A DNA stretch of 32,000 nucleotides. Source: an uncultured archaeon. Lineage in GTDB: Archaea > Asgardarchaeota > Jordiarchaeia > Jordiarchaeales > Jordiarchaeaceae. The notes under the pieces are model-generated. The model saw nothing but the letters and a program-made list of their open reading frames with translations, was not told where the DNA came from and made no database searches. A program made the position numbers and the translations under genes. Shown here piece by piece: positions 26,426 through 32,000 of this stretch. The stretch spans positions 19,632 to 51,631 of the forward strand of contig CAZECW010000033.1 of the NCBI GenBank assembly GCA_964510585.1, written 5' to 3'. Position 1 is the first letter of the stretch, and each line of letters opens with the position of its first letter.

Positions 26426-27187
26426 TTAGGAAATTTGGGTTTTTAAGTTAAAAAGAGAAATAGCATTCTCAAACAATTTATTTTTAACTCTATCCTCACT
26501 GTGTCCCTTAATTTCAGCTATTTTCTTCACGATGGCCAAGCAATCTTTTGGCTCACCTCTTATCTTATTATACTCCACGGGGCCGTCGGATTCGGTTAAA
26601 AGGTATTCTAAGCTTACTCTTTCCGCTAAATATTGTACCTTTTTAGAATAAGCTATAGCAGGTGTGATTGAGAAGTAATAACCTCTCTTTATACCAATGT
26701 CTATTAAATCCCTAGGACCAGTGTACCAGTGAATTAGCACAGCTTTAAAATCATATTCTTCAAGGATTTTGAAAACAACTTTTTCAGCCCCCTTAGTGTG
26801 GAGGATTATGGGAAGACCAAGTTTCTGGGAAAAGCCAAGCATTTCTCTAAAAATTTTTTCCTGCCAGGGGTAAAACTCCCTGTTTTTAACAAAGTAGTGA
26901 TCTAAACCAATCTCTCCCACAGCCACCAATTTTTCCGAATTATTTTTTATCAAGTCTAAAGCTTTTATTAAATCCTTTTCGGAAATTTTGCTACACACTT
27001 CTGGATGTAAACCCAAGCTTGCGAAAATATAGTTGGGGTATTGGTTTTGGATTTTTAGGATTTCTTCCATAGATGTGATGTCCATTGAAACAGCTACTAT
27101 TCCTTTCACTCCAAATCGCTTTGCACGTGTTACCACATCCTTCAAATCAGGATATAGATCAACATGACAGTGGACGTCAACTAACAA
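26426..27187 (-). CDS. tatD: TatD-family nuclease
   Basis: VDVHCH, GLHPE, AVGEIGLD, ILHT, IHWYTG, LTESDGP; probable TTG start at 27187 (ORF track 27223). Confidence 0.95.
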   Translation of the reverse strand: MLVDVHCHVDLYPDLKDVVTRAKRFGVKGIVAVSMDITSMEEILKIQNQYPNYIFASLGLHPEVCSKISEKDLIKALDLIKNNSEKLVAVGEIGLDHYFVKNREFYPWQEKIFREMLGFSQKLGLPIILHTKGAEKVVFKILEEYDFKAVLIHWYTGPRDLIDIGIKRGYYFSITPAIAYSKKVQYLAERVSLEYLLTESDGPVEYNKIRGEPKDCLAIVKKIAEIKGHSEDRVKNKLFENAISLFNLKTQIS

Positions 27188-27362
27188 AAATATCACCAAC
27201 CAGATTTTTTTTAGAACCACCAACTTCTTAGCATTATTTCAGATTCTCAGAGGTAATAATCATTTTGAAGCAGTGAAAACGCATCCAATTTTTAGAATTT
27301 AGAAGTTAAATAAAAAAGTTTATAGTTTAAAGAAGCGCCAAGATATGTGGAGAGGTGCTAAT

Positions 27363-28028
27363 TTGTCATCGGATAGAAGGAAGAAGCCTGATTGGAAGGA
27401 ACTAATAGAAAAATTCAATTCCCTCCTGGATTTTGATTTTAGGCACGAGTTTGAGTCGCAGCTTCAAGAACACATAGAGCGTTTCTCGCGGAGCTATAAG
27501 GAAATTTGGGAAAAGTTTTCCAGTACCAATGTAAAGACAAGCATAGAAAATTTTAGAAAATTCTTTGAGAAAACCCAGGAGGGAGAGAGACTAAGAACCA
27601 TTTCCATAATATTTATGGTAACGTTAATTATTGGTTTTATAACTGCAATTGGACTACGTTTTCTTTTAATCCAAAACGAGTTATTTATAGGGTACTCTAT
27701 GGTTCCAGCGACGGGAATATACGGTGTAATATTCGCCTTTTACTTCCTTGGCGCATATCTGGTTTATCACTACTTCACCAATAAAACCTGGAAACAATCC
27801 TTGAAGAAAAACAGGGAAGCCGCCATAGAAAAACTGAACAAAGAAATTGAAAACATTAAAGCATACATAGTGTATCTTAACGAGTTTTCCAAGAAGATTA
27901 CCTCAGAAGCAAGCCATACAATCTCGAGGATTACAAAATTAGAACACAAAAACCAAGAAGAGAAATCCCCACTTACAGAGAATAAAGAAATTTCCCAAGA
28001 ACACAAAGATGAAGGCACTGTAGGATAA
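27363..28028 (+). CDS. Two-TM membrane protein flanked by soluble helical/coiled-coil regions
   Basis: TM1 ISIIFMVTLIIGFITAIGLRFLLI, TM2 IYGVIFAFYFLGAYLVY, then coil REAAIEKLNKEIENIKAYI; probable TTG start at 27363 after GAGGTG (ORF track 27345). Confidence 0.78.
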   Translation: MSSDRRKKPDWKELIEKFNSLLDFDFRHEFESQLQEHIERFSRSYKEIWEKFSSTNVKTSIENFRKFFEKTQEGERLRTISIIFMVTLIIGFITAIGLRFLLIQNELFIGYSMVPATGIYGVIFAFYFLGAYLVYHYFTNKTWKQSLKKNREAAIEKLNKEIENIKAYIVYLNEFSKKITSEASHTISRITKLEHKNQEEKSPLTENKEISQEHKDEGTVG

Positions 28029-28196
28029 ACTAAAAGGGTAAATTAGGAAAATTAGAATAATAAATTTTCTAGGAAATCTTTTTTCTAGTTAGAATCCGTA
28101 TGAAACCCTCAATCTCTTCAAGTTTTGATGCCTTAATCAACACAAATAATAATACTAGGAGAGTAATTCTAATCAGAGTTATTTACAGAAATCAAA

Positions 28197-29045
28197 GTGG
28201 TGATAGTTTTGCCTATCTGCCCGCGTTGCGGTCAAAAAACAGAGGATTGGTTTTCTTACTGTAAATACTGCGGCCTACCTCTAAAACAGGAAAAAGAGAA
28301 AGCCAAAAAACCAATAACTATAAAAGTAAGGGTAGAAGAACCAGAAGAGACAGCTTTGGAGGCTGAAGAGGAAATAGAAGCCTTGCCTCCAAAAAGAACA
28401 GAAGCCAAGGTTGTGGAGAAAACTGCTGAGATTGAGAAGATTCCTGAAGATATTAAAAGAAACCTCATAGAAAGAGGCAAAACCTATCTTGTTGAAACCC
28501 GTTTGAGAAAGCTAAACAGGGATTACGAAACCCTAAAAACAAGGCAAATAGTAGGGGAAATCACAGAGGAGGAGTTAGAAAAGAGAGCCGAGCCCTTAAG
28601 AGAGGAGATTAGCGAAATTAGGAAAACTTTGCAGGAAATGGGTGCAGCAGAACCACTAAATGTAGAGGTACTCTTAGCAGAAAAAGAAACACAAATTGAA
28701 AGAAAAAAGAAACTGGAGGAGTTACTAATAAAAGGAGAGATCCGAGAGACAATATATCAGAAGTTGGTTTCAGAGTACGAAGCAAAATTAAAAGAGGCAG
28801 AGAAAAAACTAGCAGAAGGCATAAGACAAATGGAAAAGTGGCTAGTTTCACTTGAAGCTGAAAAGCAGGAGTTACTAGACCAAGAAGAAATGCTCACAGC
28901 CAAAATGAAAATAGGCGAAGTCCCTGTAAAAGAATATCAAACCCAAAAGAAGGAACTAGAAACCAAAATAAAGGAAGTTGGACTCGCCTGCGAATTCTTG
29001 GAAGGAGTAATAGAAAGATTCCGAATCACCGAGAAGGATAACTAG
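28197..29045 (+). CDS. Double Zn-ribbon protein with three CdvA-like helical-hairpin repeats
   Basis: CPRC...CKYC; repeats centred on VGEITEEEL, KGEIRETIY and IGEVPVKEY; alternative TTG start at 28209. Confidence 0.75.
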   Translation: MVIVLPICPRCGQKTEDWFSYCKYCGLPLKQEKEKAKKPITIKVRVEEPEETALEAEEEIEALPPKRTEAKVVEKTAEIEKIPEDIKRNLIERGKTYLVETRLRKLNRDYETLKTRQIVGEITEEELEKRAEPLREEISEIRKTLQEMGAAEPLNVEVLLAEKETQIERKKKLEELLIKGEIRETIYQKLVSEYEAKLKEAEKKLAEGIRQMEKWLVSLEAEKQELLDQEEMLTAKMKIGEVPVKEYQTQKKELETKIKEVGLACEFLEGVIERFRITEKDN

Positions 29046-29410
29046 ACCACATATTTTAACAACACTTCCAGTCCTAGGAACCTTTTGTTGCGAAGTTTTT
29101 AAGTTAAGGCCCTCACCTCCTTTTAACACTTTGTGGAATGGAGCAAATGGTTGCAAAACAGAGCAAAAACATTCACCCTAAAGTAGTCAACCCATATTTG
29201 GATTTAGAGAGGCAATTTCTAAGCAAAGTAAGTAAAATTAAACCCTTTCTTCTTTGAAAAGTGGTAATTTAAAAATGCATCAAGAACGATTGTTAGCTTC
29301 CCCAGAAGGAATCACTGAGGTTTTCGACGGGCTTTTCAGTGGAAAAAGTCATATTTTGAAAAGTTGTCTTTTAATTATGTGGTAGTTCTATTTTTGGGGG
29401 TGGTGATGAT

Positions 29411-29989
29411 TTGGGGAGAGCTATTATAATTTCTGGTTCTCCAGGTTCAGGTAAATCTACGCTTAGCTCGAGATTGGCTAAAGATTTGAAAATGGAAGTT
29501 ATAAACTTGAGCAAATTAGTTGAAGTTGAAGAGCTTTTTAGTGAAATTGATATTGATAGAGATACTAAGGTTGCGGATTTAGATAGGTTGATTCCTAGGA
29601 TTGTGGAACTGATAGATAGATCAGAAGGTGTTGTTATCGTAGAGGGGCATTATGCAGATATTGTTCCCTCTAACCTTGTTGATGTTGCAATCATTTTGAG
29701 GACGCACCCCAAAATTTTGGCAAAAAGATTGGAGTCTAAGGGTTGGGGTGAGAGAAAAATTAGTGAAAATGTTCAAGCGGAAATTCTCGGTTCTTGTACT
29801 TTTAATGCGTTGGAAGCTTATGGAAAAGATATGGTTTATGAAATTGATACAACTAACCTTTCTGAGGATGAGACGGCTTCAATCGCAAGAAAAATAATAC
29901 AGGAAAAACCCGAGGAGTATAAAGTAGGAAGAATTAATTGGCTCTCTCTGCTTGAGGCAGATAAGGAGCTGGATAAATATTTCTCGTGA
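29411..29989 (+). CDS. Adenylate kinase, AK6/Fap7 (hCINAP) family
   Basis: GSPGSGKST, IVEGH, LRTHP..LAKRL..KGW...KISENVQAE, YEIDTT. Confidence 0.92.
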   Translation: MGRAIIISGSPGSGKSTLSSRLAKDLKMEVINLSKLVEVEELFSEIDIDRDTKVADLDRLIPRIVELIDRSEGVVIVEGHYADIVPSNLVDVAIILRTHPKILAKRLESKGWGERKISENVQAEILGSCTFNALEAYGKDMVYEIDTTNLSEDETASIARKIIQEKPEEYKVGRINWLSLLEADKELDKYFS

Positions 29990-29999
29990 AAGGTTTTGG

Positions 30000-30404
30000 T
30001 TACCTTTTTTTGACCATTCGCATAAGTTTTTGAAGGGATATCTCGTACTGTCCTTCATTCACTGAAAGTATTAGAGGCTTGCCCTCCGCTAACCCGCTAA
30101 TGTCGATTTCGAAAATTCCAATACCTTTGGCCCTAATGGTTTCCAGACTATTTTCAAAAAATGTGTCCTCATTAAGATTATTTTCAGCCACTAATTGAGC
30201 CGTTTTTTGGGTGTAAAAACTTTTATTGTGCTTTATTTTATTTTCATCGTTATGGTTTTCCTTTGTTTCTTTTTGAATTTTAAGTTTAAAGGTGGTTGAT
30301 CCACAGTTGGAACAGCGCAAAATTGTCTGTTCCTGACTTAGTTGTTTACCGCAATTGATACAATAGTGAATAAACCTGGTTTCCGATGTTTCCCTTTTGC
30401 TCAA
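30000..30404 (-). CDS. oapC: Zn-ribbon protein ArvC/OapC (DUF2072-like)
   Basis: HYCINCG...CSNCGSTTF and LETIRAKGIGIFEIDISGL...EGQYEISL; third gene of the GTPase operon. Confidence 0.82.
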   Translation of the reverse strand: MSKRETSETRFIHYCINCGKQLSQEQTILRCSNCGSTTFKLKIQKETKENHNDENKIKHNKSFYTQKTAQLVAENNLNEDTFFENSLETIRAKGIGIFEIDISGLAEGKPLILSVNEGQYEISLQKLMRMVKKR

Positions 30405-30418
30405 CTATGATATCCTTC

Positions 30419-30787
30419 TTAAGCTTGTTTGAATGTTAGTGAAATTATGCTGGAGGTTTCTCTGAGAACGTTTACACTACTTGCGGGGGCTATTATGGTT
30501 ATCTTGGAATCACCGTTGGGTTTGTTTTTCCGCCTCATAAATCCTTTGTTTGTGGAGTTTTTATTAAAGGTAAGTAGTTCTATTCCGGTAAATGTTTCGC
30601 AGTCTATCTCAAGCATTGTTTGCCTTATTAGATCCGCTTGCTCTTCAGGTTCGAGGATGTCTTCAAGAACCAAGATTACGTTTCTCTTGACCTTTTCTAC
30701 TATGAATTTTATTTTGTCTTCTGAGGATAAGCCGTTCAAAACCCATTCTGGTATAATATCGATTCTGGCATTCATTTTCGTTATCAC
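30419..30787 (-). CDS. oapB: ArvB/OapB (DUF2073-like)
   Basis: EDKIKFIVEKVKRNVILVLEDILEPEEQADLI..TM.EID...FTGIE...ITIIAPA. Confidence 0.85.
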   Translation of the reverse strand: MITKMNARIDIIPEWVLNGLSSEDKIKFIVEKVKRNVILVLEDILEPEEQADLIRQTMLEIDCETFTGIELLTFNKNSTNKGFMRRKNKPNGDSKITIIAPASSVNVLRETSSIISLTFKQA

Positions 30788-30790
30788 TCC

Positions 30791-31405
30791 TCACTGCGAT
30801 TCTATGATTAGTTTATAAAGCTCTTCTATGTTCTCCCCCGTCAGAGCAGATATTGCTACGCATTTATGGTCAGGGAAAGACTCGGCTACTAGTTTTGGTC
30901 GAGATTTAGGCAAATCTATTTTATTCGCAACTATTATGTTGGGTATATTTTTTGCCCTCAAGTTTCCAAGGATAACTAGGTTAACTTGGTCAAAAGGTAC
31001 CTTAGTTGTATCGAAAACCGTTAGAGCAAGATCCACAGTATCCAGCCATTGGATGGCTTCGATTACTCCTCTCGTTGCTTCTTTAGCTCTTTGGATCGCC
31101 TCCTCGGTGGATAATCCATGTTTCAGGAAAGCTCTGTAATCAATTTTACTGGAAATGCCCGGCATATCCACAACATTCATTCTGAGACGTTTCCCATTGT
31201 AACGCATCTCTAAGTGTTCTACGATATTGGCTGTTCGAGTTTCATGAGGAATGGGAGAAACTTTCCCAGCTTCTCTGCCCATCCAGTCCATACACAGTCT
31301 ATTGGCAAGGGTGGTCTTACCAGCGTTAGGACTGCCATAAATGCCCAGTGTGAACTCTCCATTTCTTTTAAAAATACCCGCAATTCTTGAGAACCAGTCG
31401 GTCAT
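30791..31405 (-). CDS. oapA: Small Ras/Era-like GTPase ArvA/OapA
   Basis: G1 GSPNAGKT, HETR, G3 DMPG, G4 NKID, G5 SAL; N-terminal amphipathic WFSRIAGIF; probable ATG start at 31405 (ORF track 31420). Confidence 0.9.
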   Translation of the reverse strand: MTDWFSRIAGIFKRNGEFTLGIYGSPNAGKTTLANRLCMDWMGREAGKVSPIPHETRTANIVEHLEMRYNGKRLRMNVVDMPGISSKIDYRAFLKHGLSTEEAIQRAKEATRGVIEAIQWLDTVDLALTVFDTTKVPFDQVNLVILGNLRAKNIPNIIVANKIDLPKSRPKLVAESFPDHKCVAISALTGENIEELYKLIIESQ

Positions 31406-31416
31406 TTCTACTCCAC

Positions 31417-31623
31417 TCACCTAAGCTTTACAGTAGAGATATTAGAAGACCGCTTCCCCCCAAAAAAATTCAGGAGATCTCCGCACACAATTTCTACCGA
31501 TAGGGCATATTCCTCTTTTGATTCCTTTTTTCTAGGGGATTTGGTGGAAACAGGTATGCTCGTAAAAATGAGATCCCCGTTGCGAGAGAGAGTATTCGAA
31601 ATTTCTAGCGGCATAACAGTCAC
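31417..31623 (-). CDS. Possible 68-aa protein leading the arv operon (or an untranslated leader)
   Basis: Lies between TATA-like boxes (about 31659-31689) and arvA; its stop is 12 nt before the arvA ATG; no recognisable motif. Confidence 0.35.
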   Translation of the reverse strand: MTVMPLEISNTLSRNGDLIFTSIPVSTKSPRKKESKEEYALSVEIVCGDLLNFFGGKRSSNISTVKLR

Positions 31624-31826
31624 ACCAAACCCCTAACTAGAACCAAAAATGCCGGCAATTTTTTAAAGCAGCAGTTTATGATTTAAAAATATGTGATATG
31701 AAGGTAACACTTGAATCCTACCAGCATCTGAAATTAAAAATTGCCCAATACATTACCCTTAAACGTGGTAGAAATCGGAATATGTCGTAAACAAAAATAA
31801 TACGCTACTAATTAGGGGAACACGCA

Positions 31827-31855
31827 GCCCGTTAAGATAATATCTTTTTACGGGC
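31827..31855. terminator. Hairpin just downstream of the WYL gene
   Basis: GCCCGT-T-AAGATA-A-TATCTT-TTT-ACGGGC, about 22 nt after the stop at 31878. Confidence 0.4.
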
Positions 31856-31877
31856 AACCAGGACACTATGTTCCTCG

Positions 31878-32000
31878 TTAGTGAATGGGGGTGATTAGGG
31901 TTATGCGGTCTAGTCTGAAGGTTCGCTTCCTGTTCTTCAGGTAGCAGTAGGCTTCAACGTACTGTTCCCTACGTCTTCTGCCGAATCTGTGGATTTTGAG
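31878..32000 (-). CDS. WYL-domain protein, 3' end (runs off the window end; not in the ORF track)
   Basis: Manual translation LKIHRFGRRRREQYVEAYCYLKNRKRTFRLDRITLITPIH*; Y-x-x-A-Y-C...R-T-F-R-L-D-R-I is the WYL signature. Confidence 0.85.
   Translation of the reverse strand, partial: LKIHRFGRRRREQYVEAYCYLKNRKRTFRLDRITLITPIH

Noticed and set aside
29111-29120. Strong SD-like GGAGGTGAGG on the minus strand
   Set aside because: No start codon follows at usable spacing; the overlapping 66-aa ORF (28956-29156) has no recognisable features.
29330-29350. ORB-like TTTCAGTGGAAAA near the oap/arv operon, suggesting a replication origin as in haloarchaea
   Set aside because: Single copy, no G-string, no inverted partner around an AT-rich unwinding element, and no cdc6/orc1 in the window.
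427-31139. Numerous antisense or nested ORFs in the track (e.g. 4046-4627, 13881-14561, 24425-25072, 30429-30818)
   Set aside because: Ser/Ile/Phe-rich shadows of well-supported genes on the opposite strand.
1-32000. CRISPR arrays, tRNA/rRNA genes, inteins, Sec/Pyl read-through
   Set aside because: No regularly spaced direct repeats, cloverleaf or rRNA-like segments were seen; recognised proteins are about normal length with no evident in-frame stops splitting domains.

Overview
Archaeal chromosomal DNA, inferred to come from an Asgard archaeon because TBP, XPB-Bax1 and the archaeal PoK/PPS CoA route occur alongside gelsolin-like, roadblock and HEAT-solenoid proteins. In order, the window holds: the 5' end of purB; a class V aminotransferase; an island of eukaryote-like trafficking/cytoskeleton domains (GOLD-like membrane protein, gelsolin-like, HEAT repeat, two roadblock proteins); xpb-bax1; a 4Fe-4S subunit plus aldehyde:ferredoxin oxidoreductase; tbp; a near-complete CoA biosynthesis cluster interrupted by a corrinoid reductive activator; an M23-like protein coupled to a lipoate-ligase accessory domain; hisG; a set of coiled-coil/CdvA-like genes with tatD and an AK6-type kinase; an arvABC/oapABC GTPase operon; and the 3' end of a WYL-domain gene missed by the ORF track. 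The most striking unannotated signal is a 279-bp non-coding IS200/IS605-derived mini-element (23816-24094, minus strand). Its two ends obey the IS608 cleavage/guide rules exactly (TTAC/AAAG and GAAT/TCAA), it has lost both tnpA and tnpB, and it retains a candidate promoter and a multi-hairpin omegaRNA-like scaffold. No CRISPR array, rRNA or tRNA was seen. All protein calls come from motif recognition by eye; no database searches were run.
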